Positions 34,260 to 43,771 of a stretch of 45,511 bases of DNA are shown here, in pieces; the stretch's first letter is position 1; every line of letters starts with the position of its first letter. Position numbers and translations under genes: made by a program. This stretch comes from Escherichia phage vB_Ec-G8, in sequence record PQ433350.1; one strand, written 5' to 3'. A model generated the notes under the pieces. It saw only the letters and a list, made by a program, of their open reading frames with translations. It was not told where the DNA came from and searched no databases.

Positions 34260-34769
34260 ATGGCAATTCGTTCCGTAGCACTGGCTGGTATGGTTTCTGA
34301 TACTTCTCTGTATAACATCGACGGCGCTTGCGTAGTTGGCGGCAGCGATGCAATTCCGGTTGGTACTGTTGTTGGTGTAACAGCCGCTCAGCCTATAGAT
34401 GGTCACAAAGTTGTTGGCCTTCCAGCTGTAACTGGCACGGCAGTTAAACCTTATGGTGTTGTTGTTAAATCTCATTACGAGACTCCAGATGGCACAGCTC
34501 GCGTAAATGAAGCAGTTAACGTAATGACTCATGGTCGCATCTGGGTTCGCACCACTTTAGCAGCCGCGCCAGTTTTTGGTAGCAAGGTTTTCGTAAACGC
34601 AAGTGGTGTAGTTGTTGCTGAAGCGGCTACTACTACTTGGGAAACTGGTTTTACATTTGCTGGCGGTTACATCGCAAACACTGGCACAGACCCACAAAAC
34701 CTGAGCGTTGATGGTGCCCTAGTTGAGGTTCAGCTTATCCAATCCACGGACTCAACCGTTGCAGCATAA
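34260..34769 (+). CDS. Head protein (possible decoration protein)
   Basis: 169 aa, Gly/Val/Ala/Thr-rich beta-type composition; AAGGAG RBS; between scaffold-like gene and major capsid gene. Confidence 0.5.
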   Translation: MAIRSVALAGMVSDTSLYNIDGACVVGGSDAIPVGTVVGVTAAQPIDGHKVVGLPAVTGTAVKPYGVVVKSHYETPDGTARVNEAVNVMTHGRIWVRTTLAAAPVFGSKVFVNASGVVVAEAATTTWETGFTFAGGYIANTGTDPQNLSVDGALVEVQLIQSTDSTVAA

Positions 34770-34786
34770 TAGTTAAGACTAAACTA

Positions 34787-34808
34787 ACCCGCTTCGGCGG
34801 GTTTTTTA
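34787..34808 (+). terminator. Rho-independent terminator (UUCG loop)
   Basis: ACCCGC-ttcg-GCGGGT + T6. Confidence 0.75.
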
Positions 34809-34892
34809 TTGCCTATCATCTCATCATTGCGTGGTCTAAAAACTCGTGTATAATGAACACGTAGACACCTAACTGAAAAGGAACAATAAAGA

Positions 34893-35834
34893 ATGGCCAT
34901 TAAATTTGATGCAGAACAAGCAAAAATCACCGCTCATCTCGAGCAAATGGGCGTAGACAAAGCTGATGCCGCTGGTATCTGGACCGTTAAGCAACTGACC
35001 GCCAATCTGGCACGTGCTTACGAAAAAGAATATCCAGACAACTCCGTTGTTAATATCTTCCCTGTAACCAATGAAATCCCAGGTCATGCGAAATATTTCG
35101 AATATCCAGAATTTGACGGCGTTGGCATTGCTCAGATTATCGCTGATTACTCTGACGACTTGCCGCTGGTTGATGCGTTTATGACCGAGAAACAAGGTAA
35201 AGTGTTCCGCTTCGGTAACGCGTTCCTGATCTCTACTGATGAAATCAAAGCTGGCGCTGCTACTGGTCAATCGCTGTCATCTCGTAAGCAGGCGTTGGCA
35301 TTCGAAGCGCACGATAACCTGTTGGATAAACTGGTATGGTCCGGCTCTACACCGCACGGCATTCCTAGCGTATTCGACCATCCGAACATCAACAACGTTG
35401 TTGCTGGTACGTGGAACTCCGCAGCTGCCGCCATGACTGATATTACCGCACTTATTGATGCAATCGAGACTTCGACTAATGGCACTCACACCGCAACTGA
35501 TATTCTGCTGCCTGCTTCCGCTCGCCGCCTGATGCAAGAGCTGGTTCCTAACACCTCTATCAGTTACGCGCAGCTGTTCGCCACCAACAACTCGGGTATC
35601 AATCTGCGTTACCTTCAGTTCCTGGATAACTACGATGGCGCAGGCGGCAAGGCTGCTCTGGCTTTTGAGAAGGATCCGCTGAACGCTAGCATCGAGATTC
35701 CAGAAGCTACCAACGTACTTCCTGGTCAACCGAAAGATTTGCACTTTAAGTACCCGGTAACTTCTAAAGCGACAGGTTTGATTTTATATCGTCCTCTGAC
35801 GATGGCAGTAATGAAAGGCATTACCTACCAGTAA
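34893..35834 (+). CDS. Major capsid protein
   Basis: 313 aa; strong codon usage; position and size; bracketed by terminators. Confidence 0.8.
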   Translation: MAIKFDAEQAKITAHLEQMGVDKADAAGIWTVKQLTANLARAYEKEYPDNSVVNIFPVTNEIPGHAKYFEYPEFDGVGIAQIIADYSDDLPLVDAFMTEKQGKVFRFGNAFLISTDEIKAGAATGQSLSSRKQALAFEAHDNLLDKLVWSGSTPHGIPSVFDHPNINNVVAGTWNSAAAAMTDITALIDAIETSTNGTHTATDILLPASARRLMQELVPNTSISYAQLFATNNSGINLRYLQFLDNYDGAGGKAALAFEKDPLNASIEIPEATNVLPGQPKDLHFKYPVTSKATGLILYRPLTMAVMKGITYQ

Positions 35835-35840
35835 TAAATG

Positions 35841-35862
35841 GCCCTCTTCGGAGGGCTTTTTT
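35841..35862 (+). terminator. Rho-independent terminator after major capsid gene (UUCG loop)
   Basis: GCCCTC-ttcg-GAGGGC + T6. Confidence 0.8.
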
Positions 35863-35926
35863 ACGTCTGTACCAAATGGATTTGTTGAGTTATAATCACT
35901 CAATCAGATAAACAAAGGAGACAAAA

Positions 35927-36172
35927 ATGATTCGTTTAGAACACACTGGCGCTTGCCTTATCGTTTATAAGGGTGAGAAATATCTGCCTGGTGACACTTT
36001 CGAGGCTGATGCAATTTGCGACGGACTCAAGCGCTTAATCGCAGAGGGTAAGCTCACCATTGAGGGTGACGCAAAAGCAACCAAGCAAATCGCGCAAGAA
36101 ATTGTTAGCAAGAAAAAGCGCAAAGAACCGAAAACCATCTCCGAAGCTGAGACTGGTAACGAGTACAAATAA
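35927..36172 (+). CDS. Hypothetical head-tail region protein (81 aa)
   Basis: AAGGAG RBS; terminator-like hairpin downstream. Confidence 0.5.
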   Translation: MIRLEHTGACLIVYKGEKYLPGDTFEADAICDGLKRLIAEGKLTIEGDAKATKQIAQEIVSKKKRKEPKTISEAETGNEYK

Positions 36173-36213
36173 TAAACAGGGCGCTTCGGCGTCCTTTATT
36201 GTATGGAGCTAAT

Positions 36214-36615
36214 ATGAATGATGCAATTTTGGCGTTTATGCGATCGCTTGTTCCTGCGCTCAAAGCGGTGGATGACGAATCAATTAATGTATGGATTGAT
36301 TTGGCACGTCTATACGTATGCGAAAGCAAGTTTGGCGCAGACAAAGACAAGGCTACCGCGCTTTATGCACTGCACCTGATGCTTTCTGATGGCGCGTTTA
36401 AGGGCGAGAGCGAAGGCCTTGAAGCATACAGTCGTAGAATGGCAAGTTATGCACTGAGCGGTGAATTCTCTATCACCTATGATAACCAATCAGCAATCCA
36501 AGGTGATTTATCATCTTCCTCCTGGGGCCGTATGTACAAAGCACTTCTCCGCAAGAAAGGTGGCGGCTTTGGACTGATTACTTCCGCTCGTGGCGGTGGG
36601 TGCGGTTGCCGATGA
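36214..36615 (+). CDS. Head-tail connector/adaptor protein (putative)
   Basis: 133 aa from ATG 36214 with GGAG SD (ORF-track start is TTG); position. Confidence 0.5.
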   Translation: MNDAILAFMRSLVPALKAVDDESINVWIDLARLYVCESKFGADKDKATALYALHLMLSDGAFKGESEGLEAYSRRMASYALSGEFSITYDNQSAIQGDLSSSSWGRMYKALLRKKGGGFGLITSARGGGCGCR

Positions 36616-36983
36616 ACTACAACGAAATCGAATCAATTACTCGCGCTGGCATTAACTTCTTTAGTGATGCCAATGGCTTTTACGAGATGAGCACGGGTGC
36701 TGGATATGTTGAAATCGTTAACGGCGTTGAAGTAGATGTTCCTTCGCAGACATTCCAGCTAAAAGGCTTGGTGCGAGAAATCAAGACGCGCGATATCGAT
36801 GGTGAGTTTATCCAGTTTGGCGATAAGCGCGGAATCTTCACAGCACAGGCGGAAATTAAGCAGGGTTATCAGATTAAAGTTGATGGCGAGACTTTCGTTG
36901 TTGTTGACCCTCGGCCTGTAAAACCAACCGGCACAGTTGTTGGTTATAGACCGATTCTTCGTAGGGTGGCTACTTATGGCTAG
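36612..36983 (+). CDS. Head-tail joining protein (putative)
   Basis: ATGA-coupled to the upstream gene. Confidence 0.5.
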   Translation: MNYNEIESITRAGINFFSDANGFYEMSTGAGYVEIVNGVEVDVPSQTFQLKGLVREIKTRDIDGEFIQFGDKRGIFTAQAEIKQGYQIKVDGETFVVVDPRPVKPTGTVVGYRPILRRVATYG

Positions 36984-37413
36984 AAATATTGGAAGTGTCG
37001 CTACGTTTGAGAAATCTATTGCTGACTGGATTAACAGAGCAGATAAGGGATTTGAAATTGTAGTCGCCAACACGGTTACCAAGACAGCCAACGCAATTGT
37101 TGACCTTTCTCCTGTCGACACTGGTAGGTTCAAGGCTAACTGGCAAATCACCGCAAACTCACCAGCCAAGCAGTCGCTAAATGAGTACGATCAGACTGGT
37201 GGACAGACCAAAACATATCTCTCAAGACAGGCCAGGGCTGTCGCAAACTCGCCGGCAACAAGAGTTATTTATATAACTAACCGACTTGATTACGCAGCCG
37301 ACCTTGAGTATGGCGCTTCAAACCAGGCTCCTGCTGGTGTATTAGGCGTGGTGCAAGCAAGGTTGGGCAGGTATTTTCAGGAAGCGGTGGAGGAGGCTCG
37401 TCGTGCAATATGA
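36976..37413 (+). CDS. Tail completion / head-tail joining protein (putative)
   Basis: ATG 36976 with AGGGTGG SD, 8-nt overlap with the upstream gene. Confidence 0.5.
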   Translation: MARNIGSVATFEKSIADWINRADKGFEIVVANTVTKTANAIVDLSPVDTGRFKANWQITANSPAKQSLNEYDQTGGQTKTYLSRQARAVANSPATRVIYITNRLDYAADLEYGASNQAPAGVLGVVQARLGRYFQEAVEEARRAI

Positions 37414-37804
37414 ATTGTCATTAGCAGCAAGGAAGTTCGTCAACGATTTGTTGGTGAATGAATTTCCGGTCAGGTATCCAGTTGCGTGGGAGAATACTGC
37501 ATTCACCCCTCCTGCGGATGGATCAATCTGGCTTAAGTACGACTACACGGAAGTTGATACTGTAACCTACGGATTAAGCAGGAAGTGCAAATACTACGTA
37601 GGCATGGTGCAGATTTCTGTTTTCTTCAGCCCTGGCACTGGAATTGATAGACCCAGACAAATCGCTAATCAATTGGCAGAATCTATCGTTGATGGTACAA
37701 TGCTTGACAGCGGGACCATTTATGAGTCTGGAGTTGTTAACCCCGTTATCAAATCCAAGTCTGGGTGGTTTATCCCGGTTCGTTTTTATGTTCGTCTAGA
37801 CTAA
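37403..37804 (+). CDS. Tail terminator-like protein (putative)
   Basis: GTG start with GGAGG SD; precedes the major tail gene. Confidence 0.45.
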   Translation: MQYELSLAARKFVNDLLVNEFPVRYPVAWENTAFTPPADGSIWLKYDYTEVDTVTYGLSRKCKYYVGMVQISVFFSPGTGIDRPRQIANQLAESIVDGTMLDSGTIYESGVVNPVIKSKSGWFIPVRFYVRLD

Positions 37805-37819
37805 CAAAAGGAAAAATAC

Positions 37820-38476
37820 ATGGCCCATCTCAGCAATGGCACGCAGGTCTTCGTAGAAGGCTCTCGCGGAGCTGCAATTGACGTAACAGCAATTTCTAAC
37901 GCAGTTACCCCTGTTTTAACTGTATCTGACGCATCAGGCTTGGTTGTTGGTGATTACCTGCTTTTCACCTTCTCTGCTTCGACGCTTCTGGCTGACAAGC
38001 AGGTTCGCGTAACTGCAATCTCTGGCACGTCAGTAACTGTTGAAGGTATTGATACCTCCAGCACTACCAAGTTCCCAGCTGGTTTAACTGGTGAAGTTGT
38101 TAAGATCACTTCATGGTTCGAAGTTCCGTGCGTTCAGGACGTATCCACTGATGGCGGCGAGCAGCAGTTCGTTAACTTCCAGTGTCTTTCTGATGACCGT
38201 GAACAGCAGATTCCGACTTATAAATCTGCCGTAACAAACACCTTTACATTTGCTCATGAGTACACTAACCCGGTTTATCCGGTTCTTCGCAACTACGATG
38301 AGTCGGGTCAGGTTGTTGCGATTCGACTGTTCGTACCTCGCGCTAGCGAAATGCGTTTGCAGTCTGGTACTATCGCTTTCAACGACACCCCTACCATTGG
38401 TGTTAACGAAATCGAAACGGTATCCATCGCGGTATCAATCCGCGGTCGACTGTCTTCGGTGGCGGCTGAAGTTTAA
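37820..38476 (+). CDS. Major tail protein
   Basis: 218 aa; position between connector genes and chaperones/tape measure; followed by terminator. Confidence 0.75.
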   Translation: MAHLSNGTQVFVEGSRGAAIDVTAISNAVTPVLTVSDASGLVVGDYLLFTFSASTLLADKQVRVTAISGTSVTVEGIDTSSTTKFPAGLTGEVVKITSWFEVPCVQDVSTDGGEQQFVNFQCLSDDREQQIPTYKSAVTNTFTFAHEYTNPVYPVLRNYDESGQVVAIRLFVPRASEMRLQSGTIAFNDTPTIGVNEIETVSIAVSIRGRLSSVAAEV

Positions 38477-38482
38477 AACACA

Positions 38483-38506
38483 AACCCTCTTCGGAGGGTT
38501 TTTTAT
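38483..38506 (+). terminator. Rho-independent terminator after major tail gene (UUCG loop)
   Basis: AACCCTC-ttcg-GAGGGTT + T6. Confidence 0.8.
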
Positions 38507-38509
38507 TAC

Positions 38510-38528
38510 ATAGCACTTTTTGCTAAAG
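38510..38528 (+). promoter_or_regulatory. Boundary element copy inside tail operon, precedes moron 38587
   Basis: ATAGCACTTTTTGCTAAAG, TGTATAGT, CTCATCGAAAAGAAATGAGAG. Confidence 0.65.
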
Positions 38529-38586
38529 CCTTGATTCAATCTTACTGTATAGTTATCTCATCGAAAAGAAATGAGAGATTAAAGAA

Positions 38587-38835
38587 ATGAATAACGTTAA
38601 AAACATCATCAAGCTTGCTGCAGTTCTGGTTGCTTTTTATGCAGCAGTTCAGATCGTCAACCCAACTGGCGAGGCTGATGCGAATAGCAAGGCAAAAAAA
38701 TATACTGTTGAGTTTGCTAAAGCTGAGCGAACATGCAAGGAACTTGTAGGTGGTAAAGTTGACCAAATAATGAAATATGGCAAAGAGGTTTGTAAGGACT
38801 CGGCTGCTAAGATTGCAAAAGAAAACACTAAGTAA
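38587..38835 (+). CDS. Small secreted/membrane-anchored moron protein (82 aa)
   Basis: N-terminal signal-like hydrophobic segment (IIKLAAVLVAFYAAVQIV), Lys-rich with 2 Cys; own element + leader upstream. Confidence 0.5.
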   Translation: MNNVKNIIKLAAVLVAFYAAVQIVNPTGEADANSKAKKYTVEFAKAERTCKELVGGKVDQIMKYGKEVCKDSAAKIAKENTK

Positions 38836-38874
38836 TAGAATACATACTCACAAACAATAAGAGGATTAACTAAG

Positions 38875-39189
38875 ATGGCAAAGTTCAAACTTTCACTGGC
38901 GGCACTGCCAGACTTCAAGCTACCAGTAAAATTCAAACTGGCTAACGACCAGGATGTAGAAGTTATTTTTACAGTTAAGCACAAGAAGACCTCCGAGCTT
39001 CAGGAGTTACTTCAAAAAGAAGACTTGAGTACTAAAGAATTGATTATGGCAATTGCCTCTGACTGGGACCTGGAAGAGGAGTACAACGAGGATAACGTTA
39101 ATGAGTTCTCAGACCTATTCCCAGCCTCAACAGTTGCGCTTACTACAGCTTACATGCAGGCGCTTGCTGGTCAGCGAGTAAAAAACTAA
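38875..39189 (+). CDS. Tail assembly chaperone (gpG-like)
   Basis: 104 aa acidic protein immediately upstream of the tape measure gene; ends at slippery A_AAA_AAC. Confidence 0.7.
   Translation: MAKFKLSLAALPDFKLPVKFKLANDQDVEVIFTVKHKKTSELQELLQKEDLSTKELIMAIASDWDLEEEYNEDNVNEFSDLFPASTVALTTAYMQALAGQRVKN
39180..39186 (+). other. Programmed -1 ribosomal frameshift slippery heptamer A_AAA_AAC
   Basis: X_XXY_YYZ heptamer in the G frame directly before the G stop; -1 frame continues open for 103 codons. Confidence 0.6.
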
Positions 39190-39197
39190 AACGAGCG

Positions 39198-39509
39198 GTG
39201 TATCTACAGTACCAGTCAGAGCCAACTGATGCCGAGCTGGAAGCTATTGGGATGCGCCGCTCTGATTACGAAGATGAAGAGCCTGAAGTTTTGCACTTCG
39301 ACGACAATATGATGAAGGCGTGGGACATTTACTGTTCAATGGCTACACAATGGAGAGTCGGGGCTAACGGAGCTACAGGGTTAGATTACAACGTGCTAAA
39401 TTTCCTCTTTAGAGTGTATAATGTCTCAGAAGAAGAATTGGTGCTCAGCGATTTACGCATCCTTGAAGCTAAGGCTCTTGAGATGATGGATAACCTGAGA
39501 AAAAAATAA
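39198..39509 (+). CDS. Tail assembly chaperone -1 frameshift extension (gpGT-like C-terminal part)
   Basis: -1 frame ORF with no credible independent start, reachable by -1 slip at A_AAA_AAC (39180-39186). Confidence 0.6.
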   Translation: MYLQYQSEPTDAELEAIGMRRSDYEDEEPEVLHFDDNMMKAWDIYCSMATQWRVGANGATGLDYNVLNFLFRVYNVSEEELVLSDLRILEAKALEMMDNLRKK

Positions 39510-39530
39510 CCCGCTTCGGCGGGTTTTCTA
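39509..39530 (+). terminator. Terminator/attenuator hairpin before tape measure (UUCG loop)
   Basis: ACCCGC-ttcg-GCGGGT + TTTTCT. Confidence 0.55.
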
Positions 39531-39544
39531 TTATGGAGGCTTAG

Positions 39545-42523
39545 ATGGCAACAAATGAATTAGCCGGAATCACACTAGCCGTAGACGTCTCGCAGGTAGA
39601 CAGGGGAACGCAATCCCTACAAAAGTTCAGACAGGCCAACCAACAGGCTGCATCTGGGATTAGTGAGTTCGTCAATGCTGAGCAGGTTGCTAAAAACCAG
39701 GCTAGAGATACCGCTCGCGCACTTGCTGAGCAACAGGCATCTTTAGCTAAATTGCAAACAGCTATTGACCCAACTGCGGCAAAATTCCGCAAGCTGCAGG
39801 AGGCTGCTGTAGGTCTTGATAAGGCGTTCGCTGCTGGAGTGGTTCCCGATGAGGAGTTTTTCCGCTTAGGCGAGGCACTTGAAACGCAGAATGCAAAACT
39901 TGCTCGTTCACGTGCGGCGCTAACTGAAGAGGGTAGAGCAGCTGCTCAGGCTGCAAAAGATAAAGCAAAGGCAAAGGCTGAAGCTGACAGGTTCATTGCT
40001 TCACTTGAGCGCCAGGCTCAAGCGGCAACATTGACGCGCGAGGAGTACTTAAAGTTACAGGCTGCTCAGCTTGGTGTAAGTTCCCAGGCAGCACCCATCA
40101 TTGACAGAATCGCCGATGCATCACAGAAGGCAAACACCCAGCTAATTGCTCAGAGCAAGGCTTTTCAGCGCTCTGGCTTAAGCGCAGGTCAATACAAGAA
40201 TGCCATATCTCAACTACCAGCGCAGATTACTGATATTGGCACGTCGCTTGCTGGAGGCATTCCGATTTGGCTTATTGCAATTCAGCAGGGTGGGCAGATC
40301 AAGGATGCATTTGGCGGTATTGGTAACACCTTTAGATTCGCGCTTGAAGCCTTAAACCCATTTAATGTAGCTGTTGGTGTTTTGGGTGGGGCGCTTGTAG
40401 CTCTTGGTGTTGGTGCAGCTCAGGCTGAGAGTGAATTCAGGGCGTTAAACTCCGCGATTGTGTTCTCCAACAACTCTACAATCGCATCAATCTCGCAGGT
40501 TAGAGAGTTGGTTAGCTCTGTTTCTGATGCAACAGGTGCTACCAGAGGACTTGTGACTAGCATCGCAACAAGCCTTATTGAGCAAGGGAACCTTACGCTG
40601 ACGCAGATTGACAAGATTACTAAATCGACCGCAAGATGGGCGCAGTTGACAGGTAAGGATGCGAAGGAGATTACTGGTTACTATAACCAGATTGCAAGCG
40701 ACCCAATCCAGGGTTTAGTTGATTTGGATAAGCGCTTTAACTTCCTCACACAGGGGCAGTTGACGACAATCGAAAACCTGAGAAAGACAAAGGGAGAAGT
40801 TGAGGCCGTTACTGCTGCGATTGATATTTTCAGCAAGTCTCAGGAAGCCAACCTTAACGACATAGCTGCGCAGTTAACTCCGCTTGAGCTAGCCTGGAAT
40901 GATTTCAGAAAGTACATCTCTGATATCTGGGATGCAATTAGTCGTAGAACGGTCGGGGCGCTGAACCTATTTGTTGACGTAATCGCCGGAACGATTGAAC
41001 AGATCAGGGTATTCATTAACCAGGGTGATGTTCTGATTGGTGAATTCGTAATTAGCGCAACTCAGGCATTGCAGAACATTCCTGGTCTTGATGGCGTTGG
41101 TGATGATGTTATCAAGGGGCAGCAGAAGATTATCGATGCCGCCAAGAAGCAAAACCTTGAGCTAGAGAAGTCAATCAAGGAGCGAGATGCCAGAATCAGA
41201 GAGGGAGAGCTTGGTTACGTTACTCGCAGAGAAAATCAGAATACCAATGAGCAGTCAGGTACTGATGAGGAATTTGCAAAAAGGAAGAAGGCGCTTCAGG
41301 ATGAGCTTGATGCGATCAAGAAGAACAGGAAAGAAGAAAATAGTAGGGTTAAGGAGCAAAGAGATTTAACAATTGGTTATGAATCTGGCGTTCTGGCGCT
41401 TCAGGCTCAACTCAAGGTGCTTCAGGAAAACAGGGATATTGGCGCAGTAATAAGCAATGAGCGCAAGCAGTATCTTCAGGAGGAGGCCAAATTCAGGATT
41501 CTTGAGCAGAGACAACTTGATGGCTCAATTACCAAAGAGCAAGCAAGACTTCTCATTGAAAAGGATAAAGTTCTTGAGTTAGCCAGACAGAAGGCTGAGC
41601 TAGGTGATCAGATTGTTTTGCAGGAGCGAGCTAATAAGTTAGCTGAAGATAACCGCAAGAAGATTCTTCAGATTAACAATGAGGCAAGTAACATTGATTT
41701 GGGTGCTGGTTTATCATCTCGCGAGCAGCAGAGAGCCAAAGAGATTCAGGCTCTTCAATCCAATCAGGTTAATGCTGGTGGTTCTGTTGATGATGTTGAT
41801 TTTCAGCAATTGCTGGAAGCAAGAAAGGAATACTACAAGCAGGAGGATAATCTTAGGTCAGACTGGCAATCCGGTGTAACATCCACTCTCGCCGACTTGA
41901 CAGAGAAGTACACTGACTACAACCAGATTGCTAAGGACTTAACTGTTGCGGCATTCGATGGAATTACAGACCAGATTACAAACCTTGTAACCACTGGTGA
42001 GACCAATTTCAGGGAGTTCACCGCAAGCATCCTCAAAATGATTGCGAAGATTGCAACTCAGTTGCTTTTGGTTAAAGCTATAGAATCAACACTAACTAGT
42101 TTTGGTGGTGGTGGTGGTAACGCGTTTGGCTCGCTTGCATCTGCTATAGGTTTTGCTGGTGGCGGTTACACTGGTGATGGTGGGAAGTATCAGCCAGCAG
42201 GTACGGTTCATCGAGGTGAGTTTGTATTCACAAAAGAAGCGACAAGCCGAATTGGTGTCAAAAACCTTTATGCGCTAATGAAGGGTTACGCAAACGGCGG
42301 CGCGGTTGGTGGTCCTTCAGGATATGCAAATGGCGGCTTGGTTTCTGGTGGTTCAGATGTTAATGTTAGCGGGATTACTGTTAACGTCAATGGTGGCGTT
42401 GGTAGCGACCCAGAGCATGCCAAAGCATTGCAGAGCGGCGTCAAGGCTATCGTAGCGGAAGAAATTGCTCAGTCTTTCCAGCAGGGTGGGCGTGCCTATG
42501 CTTACCTTCGCGGATTCAACTAA
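39545..42523 (+). CDS. Tail tape measure protein
   Basis: 992 aa; coiled-coil Ala/Gln/Lys/Glu-rich; Gly-rich C-terminal region; GGAGG RBS. Confidence 0.9.
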   Translation: MATNELAGITLAVDVSQVDRGTQSLQKFRQANQQAASGISEFVNAEQVAKNQARDTARALAEQQASLAKLQTAIDPTAAKFRKLQEAAVGLDKAFAAGVVPDEEFFRLGEALETQNAKLARSRAALTEEGRAAAQAAKDKAKAKAEADRFIASLERQAQAATLTREEYLKLQAAQLGVSSQAAPIIDRIADASQKANTQLIAQSKAFQRSGLSAGQYKNAISQLPAQITDIGTSLAGGIPIWLIAIQQGGQIKDAFGGIGNTFRFALEALNPFNVAVGVLGGALVALGVGAAQAESEFRALNSAIVFSNNSTIASISQVRELVSSVSDATGATRGLVTSIATSLIEQGNLTLTQIDKITKSTARWAQLTGKDAKEITGYYNQIASDPIQGLVDLDKRFNFLTQGQLTTIENLRKTKGEVEAVTAAIDIFSKSQEANLNDIAAQLTPLELAWNDFRKYISDIWDAISRRTVGALNLFVDVIAGTIEQIRVFINQGDVLIGEFVISATQALQNIPGLDGVGDDVIKGQQKIIDAAKKQNLELEKSIKERDARIREGELGYVTRRENQNTNEQSGTDEEFAKRKKALQDELDAIKKNRKEENSRVKEQRDLTIGYESGVLALQAQLKVLQENRDIGAVISNERKQYLQEEAKFRILEQRQLDGSITKEQARLLIEKDKVLELARQKAELGDQIVLQERANKLAEDNRKKILQINNEASNIDLGAGLSSREQQRAKEIQALQSNQVNAGGSVDDVDFQQLLEARKEYYKQEDNLRSDWQSGVTSTLADLTEKYTDYNQIAKDLTVAAFDGITDQITNLVTTGETNFREFTASILKMIAKIATQLLLVKAIESTLTSFGGGGGNAFGSLASAIGFAGGGYTGDGGKYQPAGTVHRGEFVFTKEATSRIGVKNLYALMKGYANGGAVGGPSGYANGGLVSGGSDVNVSGITVNVNGGVGSDPEHAKALQSGVKAIVAEEIAQSFQQGGRAYAYLRGFN

Positions 42524-42553
42524 TTAACGGGGCCTCGGCCCCTAAGGATTTTT

Positions 42554-42904
42554 ATGGCTATTGATACTTTTAATTACTGCACTCAAGTCCAAAATGGAGG
42601 CGGCTCATTCTCTAACACTAACAACGTGCGAATTGTTAGCTTCGGCAATGGTTACGAGCAGCGTGGGACTGGCGGTTATCGAAGTAACAAGCGAAGCTAC
42701 CAGATGACTTACACAAACAAGGACTGGCGGGAGGTGATGGAATTTTGCTTTAACCACATCATTACCCCGTTCTTCTGGACTACGCCGCATGGTGACACAT
42801 CAATGTTTGTGATTCAGCAAGATAGCATTAGCGTCACGCCACTCAGTAAGGAAGTTCAGACTGTAAACATGCAATTCGTGGAAGTCTTTAGCTCAATGCG
42901 TTAA
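42554..42904 (+). CDS. Minor tail protein (lambda gpM-like)
   Basis: 116 aa; position between tape measure and gpL-like gene. Confidence 0.75.
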   Translation: MAIDTFNYCTQVQNGGGSFSNTNNVRIVSFGNGYEQRGTGGYRSNKRSYQMTYTNKDWREVMEFCFNHIITPFFWTTPHGDTSMFVIQQDSISVTPLSKEVQTVNMQFVEVFSSMR

Positions 42905-42908
42905 ACTA

Positions 42909-42930
42909 AGCCCCATTAGGGGCTTTTTTA
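42909..42930 (+). terminator. Terminator-RBS module before gpL
   Basis: AGCCCC-atta-GGGGCT + T6 then ATTGGAGA. Confidence 0.7.
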
Positions 42931-42942
42931 TTGGAGAAATAT

Positions 42943-43698
42943 ATGTTAAGTCCAAAGTTTGAAAATCAGTTGCAAAGCCTTTTCCCTGGAGAGATTGTGA
43001 CACTAATCCAGGTTGACGGAACGTCCTTCGGGAGTCTCGTTTATTCGTTCCACAATGAGAACATCTCATACACGCCAGAAGAAATCATGCTTGCCCAGAT
43101 GAATGGAGAGCCATTGCCAGAGAAGACGATCACATTTCGTGGTGAAGAGTACGGACCTAGACCATTTGGAATCTCTGGTATCAATATGACTTCTGACGGA
43201 AAAGCCAACAAGGTTACATTAACAGTATCAAACGTAGACCAGCGCATTAGCGCATTGATTCGCACTTACAATGGATTGGTCAAGGCTAAGGTTACAATCT
43301 GGATTACCACGCGCGATAACATCAATGAAGACGGAAGTATTGCTGATGGGGACTATCGCAGATTTGTTTACTTCATTGAGCGACCAAAGCAGGTTGATTA
43401 CAAAACGGCATCATTTGAGCTAAGTAGCCCGATGGATATGGATGGTATTTATATCCCCGCTAGACTTGTTCAGTCTGTTTGTTATTTCGCTTCTCGCGGA
43501 TGGTATCGAAGTGGTAATGGTTGCGACTACGCTGGTAATCGTTACTTTGACAAGGATGATAATCCAGTAGCAGACCCTTCATTAGACTTCTGCGCAGGAA
43601 CTGTTAACAGTTGCAAGCTTAGATTTGGTGAGAATAATCAGCTTTCATTTGGCGGATGCGCAGCAGCAAGCCTTCAGGCAAAGGCGAATCAGAGTTAA
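42943..43698 (+). CDS. Minor tail protein (lambda gpL-like) with C-terminal Cys cluster
   Basis: 251 aa from ATG 42943 (GGAGA SD; ORF-track start is TTG); C-terminal Cys cluster (C-x...C-x...C-x...C) as in Fe-S-binding gpL. Confidence 0.8.
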   Translation: MLSPKFENQLQSLFPGEIVTLIQVDGTSFGSLVYSFHNENISYTPEEIMLAQMNGEPLPEKTITFRGEEYGPRPFGISGINMTSDGKANKVTLTVSNVDQRISALIRTYNGLVKAKVTIWITTRDNINEDGSIADGDYRRFVYFIERPKQVDYKTASFELSSPMDMDGIYIPARLVQSVCYFASRGWYRSGNGCDYAGNRYFDKDDNPVADPSLDFCAGTVNSCKLRFGENNQLSFGGCAAASLQAKANQS

Positions 43699-43717
43699 AT
43701 AGCACTTTTTGCTAAAG
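43699..43717 (+). promoter_or_regulatory. Boundary element copy inside tail operon, precedes moron 43772
   Basis: TAA-ATAGCACTTTTTGCTAAAG, hairpin, TATAGT, CTCACACAAACGAGAGG. Confidence 0.65.
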
Positions 43718-43771
43718 ACGAACAGCAAAGGATGGCGTATAGTTACCTCACACAAACGAGAGGATATAAAA

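Noticed and set aside
4768-43717. Interpreting the 21 repeated elements as a CRISPR array or MITE-type transposon
   Set aside because: Copies are dispersed over the genome at gene boundaries, strand-matched to genes, lack regular spacer periodicity and lack terminal inverted repeats with target-site duplications.
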